From positions 1-25,349 of the forward strand of contig JBFMCE010000056.1 in assembly GCA_040754655.1 (NCBI GenBank): DNA of 25,349 bases, read 5' to 3'. Shown piece by piece: positions 1 to 8,045 of this stretch. Origin of the DNA: Bdellovibrionota bacterium (GTDB taxonomy: Bacteria; Bdellovibrionota; UBA1018; UBA923). The position numbers and the translations under genes are program-made. The notes beneath the pieces were generated by a model. That model was given only the letters and a program-made list of their open reading frames with translations, was not told where the DNA came from and ran no database searches. Each line of letters starts with the position of its first letter. Position 1 is the stretch's first letter.

Positions 1-2
1 GC

Positions 3-197
3 AGAGCAAAAAAACTGGATGAATTGCGGGTTTATTTCAACGAATACCAAGCCAGAACCGGGGCGCTGAATTACCTTCGGCATCGGTTGGAAGAAAAGTC
101 GAAGGACTTGTTCAGGTCATTCGTCCCTCAAAGCTCTCCGTTGTTCAAAGCAGCGAGGAAATCTTACTGGACATTCAAAGGCCTCATGGGACGGTAA
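3..197 (+). CDS. 3' end of a gene entering from the left edge (unknown product, possibly part of a glycosylation cluster)
   Basis: Frame open from position 3 (RAKKLDELRVYFNEYQ...SYWTFKGLMGR) to TAA at 195-197, 10 nt before the GT2 start. Confidence 0.6.
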   Translation, partial: RAKKLDELRVYFNEYQARTGALNYLRHRLEEKSKDLFRSFVPQSSPLFKAARKSYWTFKGLMGR

Positions 198-207
198 GTT
201 TATCACT

Positions 208-1200
208 ATGGCCAAAGTTTCAATCATCACTGCACTCTACAACCACGAACGTTATATCGCCCAGGCCATTGAATCGGTGATCGCTCAGACCTTCTCGGAT
301 TGGGAGCATCTGATCTGGGATGACGGATCAACTGACAAGAGCCTCTCAATTGCTCAAGAGTATGCAAGACGATATCCTGAGAAAATCAAAGTATTCTCGC
401 ACCCTAGCCAAGCCAACCGGGGACAAGAAAACACAAGAAACTGTGCTTTGGAAAAGGCGTCAGGAGAACTGCTGTGCCTGCTTGATTCAGATGACATGTA
501 CCTGCCACGAAAGCTTGAACTCTTAGTACCATGCTTTCAAGACCCAGAAGTAGGGTTGGCTTACGGGGTCGTAGAACATTACATTGAAAGCACCGGCAAG
601 GTCGTGCCGTCAGGCATCTCGAAGTTCCATCAAGGGAAGGCTTTTGAGCCTTTGCTCGCCGAAAACTTTCTAGGCGCCAGCGCCACCCTATTTCGACGCG
701 AATGCGTAGCCAAAGGCCTGAGGTTTGATCCTTCATTCAAAACGATCGGAGAGTACCCTCTTTGGCTGAAAATCGCACGAGACTGGAAAGTCTCTTTCGT
801 CGCCGAACCCGTCTCACGATGGCGGTGCCATACCAATAATCTTGGGAAAAAACTTGAACTCCAGGCAAAACAAGAATTGGTGACCTTTTTTGAACGCCTT
901 GGAAAGGATACCGCTTACAAAGCCTTCTCTAAGGACGTGGCCAGGGCCTTGGCAAAAAGACGTTATGATTACGCAGCCGAACTTCATTCAATACTTGATC
1001 TCGAAGAGAGTAGGATCCAATGCGCGGCTGCCCTAACCGCTTTCGAGGCAAGTCCATCCGTACGTGGCAAGGCCGCGCTGTTGTTCTTGGTATCCCTCTT
1101 AGGCAAGAAGGCCAACCTCTTCGTCGCACGGCTAAAACGAGGGCTCTGGCACGCCCTTCATCCGGTATTGGCCTCGAGCAAGTCGACAAAACTAAAATAA
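208..1200 (+). CDS. Family 2 glycosyltransferase (GT-A fold) with helical C-terminal extension
   Basis: N-terminal VSIITALYNHERYIAQAIESV...WDDGSTD, RNCALEKASGE, DXD-type motif LDSDD, and a later EYPLWLKI segment. Confidence 0.93.
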   Translation: MAKVSIITALYNHERYIAQAIESVIAQTFSDWEHLIWDDGSTDKSLSIAQEYARRYPEKIKVFSHPSQANRGQENTRNCALEKASGELLCLLDSDDMYLPRKLELLVPCFQDPEVGLAYGVVEHYIESTGKVVPSGISKFHQGKAFEPLLAENFLGASATLFRRECVAKGLRFDPSFKTIGEYPLWLKIARDWKVSFVAEPVSRWRCHTNNLGKKLELQAKQELVTFFERLGKDTAYKAFSKDVARALAKRRYDYAAELHSILDLEESRIQCAAALTAFEASPSVRGKAALLFLVSLLGKKANLFVARLKRGLWHALHPVLASSKSTKLK

Positions 1201-1240
1201 TCCGCCTACACCAAGGCCTCATGATATCTTTAAGGTAGAG

Positions 1241-1849
1241 ATGCTCACTCTGATCGCTTACCTCTATCTTTGGTTCGTAGGAGTCACTTCAAGGGTGCGC
1301 ATCGTCTCGGAGCATCAAGATTCCATACGCACCTTCCGCGAGCGACGGTCTGTAGTCTACACCTTCTGGTTCAAGCATATTTCCTTTCTGCTCTATTACT
1401 TCGGCGCTCATCGAATGCGGATGTTGATGACCCCTCAAGGAAAAACCGATATCTTAACCAGAACAGCGCAGTGGCTAGGCTTAAAAGTCGCGAAGGGCTC
1501 GGTGGAAGCCGGCGGAAGGCATGCCCTTCTCACGTTGATCGAACAGCTTAAAGCCGGTGATGCGGTGGCTCTTGCCGCAGATGGCTCGAGAGGCCCCGCT
1601 GGAAAAGCAAAGGCGGGTTGTTTCATCTTGGCGCAAGAGACCGCTTGCCCGATTCTTCCGGTCGCATGGAAGGCTCGGTGGAACTTTAGCATCCCCTTGC
1701 GCTCGGGAATTCTGCTTGTTCCTCTGCCTTTCAATACGATTGAGCTAAGACTGGGTGAATCATTGAAAGTCGACAGGCATTACCAGTTCAACGAGTTGGA
1801 TTCGATCAAGAACCAGCTCACCAACATCCTAGATCGCCTCTCTAGCTGA
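1241..1849 (+). CDS. DUF374 / lysophospholipid acyltransferase-like protein
   Basis: GLKVAKGSVEAGGRHAL...ALAADGSRGP...KAGCFILAQETACPILPV...LPF pattern, plus hydrophobic N-terminus. Confidence 0.8.
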   Translation: MLTLIAYLYLWFVGVTSRVRIVSEHQDSIRTFRERRSVVYTFWFKHISFLLYYFGAHRMRMLMTPQGKTDILTRTAQWLGLKVAKGSVEAGGRHALLTLIEQLKAGDAVALAADGSRGPAGKAKAGCFILAQETACPILPVAWKARWNFSIPLRSGILLVPLPFNTIELRLGESLKVDRHYQFNELDSIKNQLTNILDRLSS

Positions 1850-1879
1850 ACGCGCAAGGCTTTTCGAAGCGCATGGCTT

Positions 1880-2314
1880 TTACTTGGAAGCGTCTTTATC
1901 AGGAGAAGCGGCTTGATCATCCCAACGCGTGAATTCTTCCCTCATTTTCGGGTCAACCACGTGGTTGCGCTTCACCAATTCATCGGCTTCGCGCATGCGG
2001 TCTGCGATACTGCGAATGAGCACTAGGAGCCAGCTAGGAAGTTTTTTGATTTCTTTTTCAAGCTTCGATTGATCGAGCTTGATCACCTTCAAATTCGTCG
2101 CGGCTTCCGCCGAGGCCGAGCGAGGCTTGCCATCAAAGAACGAAAGCTCGCCCACAAACTGACCTGCGTGAACAAGCGCGATGGGAAACTTCTGACCATC
2201 GGCTTCCTTGTAGATTTTCACGATTCCATTTTGAATGATGTACAGGTCTTTCGAATTATCGCCCTCGTGGAAGAGCAGTTCGCCTTTTTTGTACTCAATG
2301 ATGTTCTCATCCAT
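1880..2314 (-). CDS. Stand-alone cyclic-nucleotide-binding domain protein (CRP-like sensor, no HTH)
   Basis: YKKGELLFHEGD...LYIIQNGIVKI...GQFVGELSFFDGKPRSASAEA phosphate-binding cassette, followed only by a C-helix. Confidence 0.9.
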   Translation of the reverse strand: MDENIIEYKKGELLFHEGDNSKDLYIIQNGIVKIYKEADGQKFPIALVHAGQFVGELSFFDGKPRSASAEAATNLKVIKLDQSKLEKEIKKLPSWLLVLIRSIADRMREADELVKRNHVVDPKMREEFTRWDDQAASPDKDASK

Positions 2315-2377
2315 TGCGCGCTTTAAACCCCTTTGATGTTTAAGGGCGTCATTCTGAGAACAAATGACCGATCCGGC

Positions 2378-3685
2378 CTACTTCGCGTCCCGGATCTTCA
2401 CCTGACTCAAGAGATACTCAATGGCACGGTCTTCCTTGATGCGAAACCGAAGTTGACGCATGGCATTTTCATCGCGCTCATAAAGCTCTTTCACTTGCTC
2501 TGGCTTCAGATTAACGCGTTCCGCCATTTTTTGATACTCCAGCTCAAGGTCTTTCTCTTCAGGTTTCAAGTCTTGTTCATCGGCGATCCGATCAAGCACC
2601 AACGACGCCCTTACTTGATCTTCAGCTCTGCTTCGCAACGATTCAAGATTTTTTTCAAAATAATCGCGAATCATTTTTTCAGTAAAACCGTTTTGCTTGA
2701 GGTAAGACGCATTTTCTCGCATAAGGTATTCGATTTGAGACTGAACCACCCCCTGAGGCACTTCAAATGCATTCTGTTTGATGAGGGCGTTCAGCACGTC
2801 TTCCTTCACCTTCTCGCGAGAGTTTTGGGCACGCTCTTCCTTCATGCTCTCAAACACCTTCTTGCGGAGCTCAAGCCTTGATTCCAATTTGAAGCGCTTC
2901 GCGAATTCATCATCAAGCTCTGGGAGTTGCTTTTTCTTGAATTCATGAACGGTAACATTAAATTGAACGGTCTTGCCCGCGAGTTTGGGGTCTGAGAAGT
3001 CTTGGGGAAAAGCTACCGTGAAACTCTTATCGTCGCCCTTCTTTAAGCCGATGAGATTTGACTCAAACTCTTCCATGTAGTGTTTCGCGCCGATGTGAAT
3101 GAGCCTATTCTCGCCTTTCAAGCTGTCAAGCGCTTCGCCATCAAGGGTTCCTGAAAAGGTGATCTGGGCGAAATCGCCGTCTTTCGCAGGCCCCGCATAC
3201 TCTTCATCAGGCACCATCTCAGCGTGATTTTCGCGCAGGTTTTGGATGTTCTTATCGACATCTTCGTCGGTGACTTCAGTGGAAGGGCGGGTCACTTCGA
3301 CCTTCGAAAGGTCGCCAACCTTGATCTCAGGGAAAACTTCAATGCTCGCCGTGAACGTAAGCGGCTCCCCCTCTTTGAGGTCCGCGCCCGACTTCGTTTC
3401 GATTTGAGGCATTCCCACAGCGAAAAGTTTGTTCTCTTCAAGAGCCTTGACATAACTTTCGCGCACGACTTTTGAAAATACATCGGTCTTCACGTCTTGA
3501 AGGTAATAGCGCTTCAAGATCTGAAGCGGAACTTTACCCTGCCTAAAACCTTTCACCTTTGCGGTCTTTTGAAGCTCAGCAAACTGCTGATCAATATATT
3601 CTTGAATAGAATCGGGCTTTACAGAAATTGTAAGCTCGCGACGGATGGGAGACTTCGACTCAACTTTGCATTCGTAATTTACCAT
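2378..3685 (-). CDS. tig: Trigger factor
   Basis: GFRQGKVP ribosome-binding signature, central FKBP-like domain, ELDDEFAK motif, 435 aa. Confidence 0.97.
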   Translation of the reverse strand: MVNYECKVESKSPIRRELTISVKPDSIQEYIDQQFAELQKTAKVKGFRQGKVPLQILKRYYLQDVKTDVFSKVVRESYVKALEENKLFAVGMPQIETKSGADLKEGEPLTFTASIEVFPEIKVGDLSKVEVTRPSTEVTDEDVDKNIQNLRENHAEMVPDEEYAGPAKDGDFAQITFSGTLDGEALDSLKGENRLIHIGAKHYMEEFESNLIGLKKGDDKSFTVAFPQDFSDPKLAGKTVQFNVTVHEFKKKQLPELDDEFAKRFKLESRLELRKKVFESMKEERAQNSREKVKEDVLNALIKQNAFEVPQGVVQSQIEYLMRENASYLKQNGFTEKMIRDYFEKNLESLRSRAEDQVRASLVLDRIADEQDLKPEEKDLELEYQKMAERVNLKPEQVKELYERDENAMRQLRFRIKEDRAIEYLLSQVKIRDAK

Positions 3686-3694
3686 AGGGCGCCG

Positions 3695-3724
3695 ACTTTA
3701 AACAAAGACGAGGGGTCAAGTCAA
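3695..3724 (-). promoter_or_regulatory. Candidate sigma70 promoter for tig
   Basis: TTGACT (3724-3719), 18-nt spacer, TAAAGT (3700-3695); 9 nt upstream of the tig ATG, no SD visible. Confidence 0.45.
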
Positions 3725-4495
3725 GTACAGGATATCCCACAGCCAAAGCCCGTGCGCCGGAGCCGTCGGACCGGCGAGTTTTCGATCGCAAGTTTCAAGC
3801 GCCGTACGAATCTTTTCCGGCGATGATTTGCCTGAACCCACGTGCACCAAGGTACCCACGATGCTTCTGACCATGTTTCGCAAGAATCCGTTTCCAGTCA
3901 CCCTCAAAACACGCAGCTCGCAAACGCCTCCGACACCCCGCCATCGTACAGCCCCCCAATGCGCTTCATAAATCTCGCGTACCGAGGTCTTGGCGTTTCC
4001 ATTTGCACCGCAAAAGGCCTTGAAATCGTGTTTTCCCTTGAAATACCTAGTGCCTTCTTCAATCGCCTTCCAATCGATGGGCAATCTTAAATGCCAGGCG
4101 GAGTGGCGCAGCTCCGGCCACTGAATAGGGTTGGTATCAAGAAAGTAGAGATAGGTCTTCTTCTTGGCATCTCTAATGGCATGAAAATCATCGACCGCGG
4201 GCTCGACCTTCAAAACCCGGATATCACGAGGCAGAAGGCTATTAAGCCCAAGGATCAAACGATTCCGCTCGTAAAGCCGAACGACCGAATCAGGAACATC
4301 GACATGGGCCACCTGAATTCTTGCATGCACGCCAGCGTCTGTTCTACCCGATGCGACTACCGATACTCTCTTGTTCGCGATGACCGAAAACTTGGTCTCA
4401 AGGATTTCTTGGATCGTATAGCGAGTGTTCTTCTGCCTCTGCCAACCGTGATAACGCGTACCCACATAAGAAAAATAAAGCTTAAGACGCGGCAT
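3716..4495 (-). CDS. truA: tRNA pseudouridine(38-40) synthase
   Basis: YVGTRYHGWQRQ, catalytic SGRTDAGVHA, GKHDFKAF, GNGFLRNMVRSIVG, GPTAPAHGLWL. Confidence 0.97.
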   Translation of the reverse strand: MPRLKLYFSYVGTRYHGWQRQKNTRYTIQEILETKFSVIANKRVSVVASGRTDAGVHARIQVAHVDVPDSVVRLYERNRLILGLNSLLPRDIRVLKVEPAVDDFHAIRDAKKKTYLYFLDTNPIQWPELRHSAWHLRLPIDWKAIEEGTRYFKGKHDFKAFCGANGNAKTSVREIYEAHWGAVRWRGVGGVCELRVLRVTGNGFLRNMVRSIVGTLVHVGSGKSSPEKIRTALETCDRKLAGPTAPAHGLWLWDILYLT

Positions 4496-4515
4496 AGGCA
4501 GGACCTTTCAAAAAC

Positions 4516-5514
4516 TTAGAATTCAAACATCAATCCCACGTAGGTTCCTGTGTGATTGAAGTTGAGATCGCCAGACAAGGTTTTCAATGATTCAACCCGA
4601 GCGACCAGGTAGGTGTGCAAAATGCCATGATCGTCATAACGTTGCCAGGCATTTCTTCTGCCGATCCAATCGAGGTTCAAAGCAGCGCCTCCGACGAGTG
4701 TATATCCCCGAGACATGGCTTTTCTTGTTTTCTCCCCATCATCTCGAGTTTCGAGAAAAGGGATAAGGGCACCCGACACTTGCACGAACGGGACGAGAAA
4801 TCTCAATTGAACCAATCTATAAGAGAGGCCAGCGGTGATGGGAACGGCGGTGAAACGAAAATTGGTGTCATCGCTTCTTGCACCGGTATTCGTAAAAACT
4901 CCCTTGCCCTTGGCGGTAATGAAGCCAAGGTGCCCGACGACGCCAAGGGCGCCCAAAGCGCGGCTGCGAAGAAACTGTTTCTCATAAAATAGGTTGAAAG
5001 CCGGATTGTACCTGCCCTCGGTATTGTAAACGCGATTAAAAGGGTTTGCCTGCCCTGACCCACCAGCGACATTGAAATTGTCGCGAACCATTACATTGAT
5101 GCCCGCAGCTTGATCGACTTTCTCTTTCATCTTGGGCTTCAATTCTCGACCGGCCTTTATCGACTCAATGTAGGGCTGCACGCCTCCGCTAGCCGGCGAG
5201 TCTGCAGCTCGGGTCTCGATCCCGTGCTGGCGTTTGAGACTTTCGATATAGGGTTGAGTAGATTGAGAATCGCCGGGCACTTGAGCCCTGGGGACTGAAG
5301 CCGCTTCCGCTGTTTCTTTTTCAGTAGGGGTGCCCGTAGACGCCTTCCAAGAGCGGGATTCAATACCATATTTTTCTTTGACCTTGTCGATGTAGGGTTG
5401 CACTTCCCCTGAAGCCCGATCGGCAGCACAAGCAATCCCAGCACTAGCCCCAAAGAACTGCAAAGAGGCTATCGCGACCAAGCCTAGCCTCGAAAAGAGC
5501 GCTGCCCTCGTCAC
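4516..5514 (-). CDS. Predicted outer-membrane beta-barrel protein (about 8 strands) with signal peptide and N-terminal repeat region
   Basis: Restarting at GTG 5514 (GTGA overlap with the upstream stop) gives a Sec-like signal MTRAALFSRLGLVAIASLQFFGASAGIACA. About eight amphipathic strands follow, ending in a BAM-type signal YVGLMFEF. Confidence 0.75.
   Translation of the reverse strand: MTRAALFSRLGLVAIASLQFFGASAGIACAADRASGEVQPYIDKVKEKYGIESRSWKASTGTPTEKETAEAASVPRAQVPGDSQSTQPYIESLKRQHGIETRAADSPASGGVQPYIESIKAGRELKPKMKEKVDQAAGINVMVRDNFNVAGGSGQANPFNRVYNTEGRYNPAFNLFYEKQFLRSRALGALGVVGHLGFITAKGKGVFTNTGARSDDTNFRFTAVPITAGLSYRLVQLRFLVPFVQVSGALIPFLETRDDGEKTRKAMSRGYTLVGGAALNLDWIGRRNAWQRYDDHGILHTYLVARVESLKTLSGDLNFNHTGTYVGLMFEF
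5150..5406 (-). repeat. Three imperfect intragenic peptide repeats QPYI[DE]xxK
   Basis: EVQPYIDKVKEKYGIE / STQPYIESLKRQHGIE / GVQPYIESIKAGRELK, separated by Ser/Ala/Thr/Pro-rich linkers. Confidence 0.8.
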
Positions 5515-6878
5515 GCACGCCTCCGTATTCGGTGCTTTGTATGAGCGATCAAAACAAACGCAGTGCCCACAAGAAAAAGAGTGCCCAAAACCCAAAGGTT
5601 CTGTTTCAACCAGAGCACCGTCGCCGCTGAAACCACAAAGGGAATCAAAATCAATTGAACCGGAAGCTGAAATGAGGGGTTTGAATTCAACCAAGTTGAA
5701 GCGGCCGGGCTCCACGAATAATACCAATTCCTAAGCTTGATTCCCAAACTAAACTTATTGAGTACCTCGGCCCGAAACCTTCGTAAAACCTTGACTCTGG
5801 GGTCATCGCGATCGCCATAAGCCGCGGTCGCGATGAAACAAGGGAAACCGTCGCTGTCTTCCCTCAAGGCGCCTTCGACGATCGATGGAGTCGCGCAGTT
5901 TGACTGTGGATTATTGAGAGTAAGCGTATTGCTCCACGCCGCGTCGGTTTGAAGCATTCCGCCCTTGTTGACGTAAGCCAAAGTGAAGCAATAACGCGTA
6001 TCATTAATGAGCTCGCCGATTGTGAAATCACCTGGATTCGAACCCGAAACCTCGCGTTTGATGTCGGCGTTGTCATAAGAGGGATTGGTCGTGGTGGTCG
6101 AACCAAAAACGACAAGCGACTTCAAAGCCACCGTATCAGTGGGTGGGGTTGAGGCGTTCTCAAACTTGATCTTCTTATGGCCAGGCGTCAGTGTGAAGTT
6201 GTGGGTAGGAGTGGTAATATTCGCGCCCCCGCTGTGAGGTGGGCAATCGACCAAAATAATCTTAACATCTGCTGTTTCGGCGGGGCTGCCGCTGATTCCG
6301 CCCGCTGTCGAGGTAAAAACAAAACGGATCGAAACCTCAGGAGGCCTTACAGCAGAGTTCCCTAGTCTGCAATTGGTCACACCTGAATAGACTGTATTTC
6401 CGCACAATCCCGCGGGTGCTGTAGCGCTATTGAGCTTGATGGCGACCGTTCGTGAAACCTCAGTCGTATCGTCATACTTGAGTTGGGTTCTAGCAGCTCC
6501 GTCATTGAAATCGATGTCATTGCCTACCAAAACAAGCGGCGTAGTCTGGCCCACCACGTGGGCCATGATTGAAAGCTCGCCTGAATCCACCGTGCCGCCC
6601 GGAGCAACGGCCTCAACATCGTTAGGGGCCACTGTAAACCTCAAGCCTGGCTCATCGGCCGTAGGATTCGTAAGCGAAAGCCCTAAGGGAAAGGTCTTGG
6701 GGTCAACCGCTGTGCCGCACCCGCCTGTGATGGGAAAATAAATGGTGCGCACGCCTGCCGTGGTCTCATCAGTTGCTGCTCCAATGGGGGTGATGCTAAG
6801 GGCACGGGCTGAAACCGGGATCAAAAACAGGGACAGCGCAAATACACTCTGCAACGCCATGGTCCATTTGGCCACCAC
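5511..6878 (-). CDS. Secreted/surface protein with FN3-like domain and C-terminal CFI-box-CTERM domain
   Basis: Signal peptide ending VSARA; Thr/Gly/Pro-rich beta region; FN3-like LINDTRYCFTLAYVNKGG; CFIATAAYG...VKVLRRFRAEVL...WYYSWSP...LILIPFV; hydrophobic segments and basic tail HRIRRRA. SD AAGGAGG present; start may be GTG 6875. Confidence 0.82.
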   Translation of the reverse strand: MVAKWTMALQSVFALSLFLIPVSARALSITPIGAATDETTAGVRTIYFPITGGCGTAVDPKTFPLGLSLTNPTADEPGLRFTVAPNDVEAVAPGGTVDSGELSIMAHVVGQTTPLVLVGNDIDFNDGAARTQLKYDDTTEVSRTVAIKLNSATAPAGLCGNTVYSGVTNCRLGNSAVRPPEVSIRFVFTSTAGGISGSPAETADVKIILVDCPPHSGGANITTPTHNFTLTPGHKKIKFENASTPPTDTVALKSLVVFGSTTTTNPSYDNADIKREVSGSNPGDFTIGELINDTRYCFTLAYVNKGGMLQTDAAWSNTLTLNNPQSNCATPSIVEGALREDSDGFPCFIATAAYGDRDDPRVKVLRRFRAEVLNKFSLGIKLRNWYYSWSPAASTWLNSNPSFQLPVQLILIPFVVSAATVLWLKQNLWVLGTLFLVGTAFVLIAHTKHRIRRRA

Positions 6879-6921
6879 GCCTCCTTAGCTTTTGGGTCAG
6901 TCAAAAACCGCTGCAGTTCCC

Positions 6922-6950
6922 AGTATAAAGCGATTATCTTTAGTTTCCAA
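6922..6950 (-). promoter_or_regulatory. Candidate sigma70 promoter for the CFI-box/beta-barrel pair
   Basis: TTGGAA (6950-6945), 17-nt spacer, TATACT (6927-6922); overlaps the asd stop. Confidence 0.55.
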
Positions 6951-7992
6951 CAAGGCCGCGAACAATTGCAGCCTCGGCAATCTGTACCGCATTCAGCGCC
7001 GCCCCCTTGCGGAGGTTGTCTCCGACAACCCAGAAAGTCAGACCATGCCGGCCTTCAGGCAACGAGGGGTCTTTGCGAATCCGCCCGACGTAAACCTCGT
7101 CTTTACCCGAGACTTCCGTAGCGAGTGGATAGGAATTCGATGCCGGGTCATCGAGTACCTTCACCCCTGGCATCTTTGAAAGGACCTCGCGAGCCTGGCT
7201 GACACTTACGGGTTTTCGGGTCTCGATCGTGACCGATTCCGAGTGGCAGTTGAGTACTGGCACACGCACGCAGGTCGCAACCACTCGAATACGAGAGTCA
7301 CCCATGATCTTCTGGGTCTCTTCCATCACTTTGTGTTCTTCACCGGTAAAACCATCCTCACGGAAAACATCAATGTGAGGCAGGCAATTGAATGCAATGG
7401 GATGAGGGAAAGCCTCCGCTCTTATGGGTTTACCCTCGGCGTGATCACGTACCTGCTTAGAGAACTCTTCAATCCCCTTATGTCCCTTTCCTGACACCGC
7501 CTGGTAACTTGCTAAGATCACCCGCTCGATTCCAAAAAGATCATGCAAAGGTTTCAACGCCATCACCATTTGAGCGGTGGTACAGTTTGGATTGGCTACG
7601 ACCCTAGTTGTTTTCGCACGATCAAGCTCGACAGCGTTGATCTCGGGCACCACCAAAGGCACATCTAAGCGCATCCGAAACAGGCTTGCGTTGTCGATGA
7701 CAAGAGTCCCGAAGGCCGCCGCCTTAAAAACGTACTCTTCACTGATCTTGCTTCCAGCCGTGAAAAAAGCGATATCGAGGTCTTTAAAAACCTCTGACTG
7801 CGAGAGCGCCTCAACCTCAACACCTTTGCCTTTAAACTGCACCCTGCTTCCCGCGCTGCGTGCCGATGAGAACAAACGCAACTTGGCCAGAGGAAAATTT
7901 CTTTGCGCAAGGATCGCAACCACTTCTCGCCCAACGGCGCCGGTTGCGCCGACCACACCAACCCTTAGGGGTGGGTTCAAAGACATAGGCAT
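6940..7992 (-). CDS. asd: Aspartate-semialdehyde dehydrogenase
   Basis: VGVVGATGAVG Rossmann motif, catalytic ANPNCTT, YQAVSGKG, TCVRVPV, DNLRKGAALNAVQIAE. Confidence 0.97.
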   Translation of the reverse strand: MPMSLNPPLRVGVVGATGAVGREVVAILAQRNFPLAKLRLFSSARSAGSRVQFKGKGVEVEALSQSEVFKDLDIAFFTAGSKISEEYVFKAAAFGTLVIDNASLFRMRLDVPLVVPEINAVELDRAKTTRVVANPNCTTAQMVMALKPLHDLFGIERVILASYQAVSGKGHKGIEEFSKQVRDHAEGKPIRAEAFPHPIAFNCLPHIDVFREDGFTGEEHKVMEETQKIMGDSRIRVVATCVRVPVLNCHSESVTIETRKPVSVSQAREVLSKMPGVKVLDDPASNSYPLATEVSGKDEVYVGRIRKDPSLPEGRHGLTFWVVGDNLRKGAALNAVQIAEAAIVRGLVGN

Positions 7993-8045
7993 AGGATCTC
8001 CTTAAAATATTGGCTTAAGCTGGTATCACGGCGCGGGGACTTAAC

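Noticed and set aside
2333..2881. 182-aa plus-strand ORF and the many other antisense or nested ORFs (e.g. 15371..15928, 4091..4519, 23266..23748)
   Set aside because: They are shadows of well-supported genes on the opposite strand or in another frame, with no recognisable motifs.
5515..5727. N-terminal 71 codons of the 403-aa ORF 4516..5727
   Set aside because: They overlap the CFI-box gene in another frame. Starting at GTG 5514 gives a GTGA coupling and a proper signal peptide.
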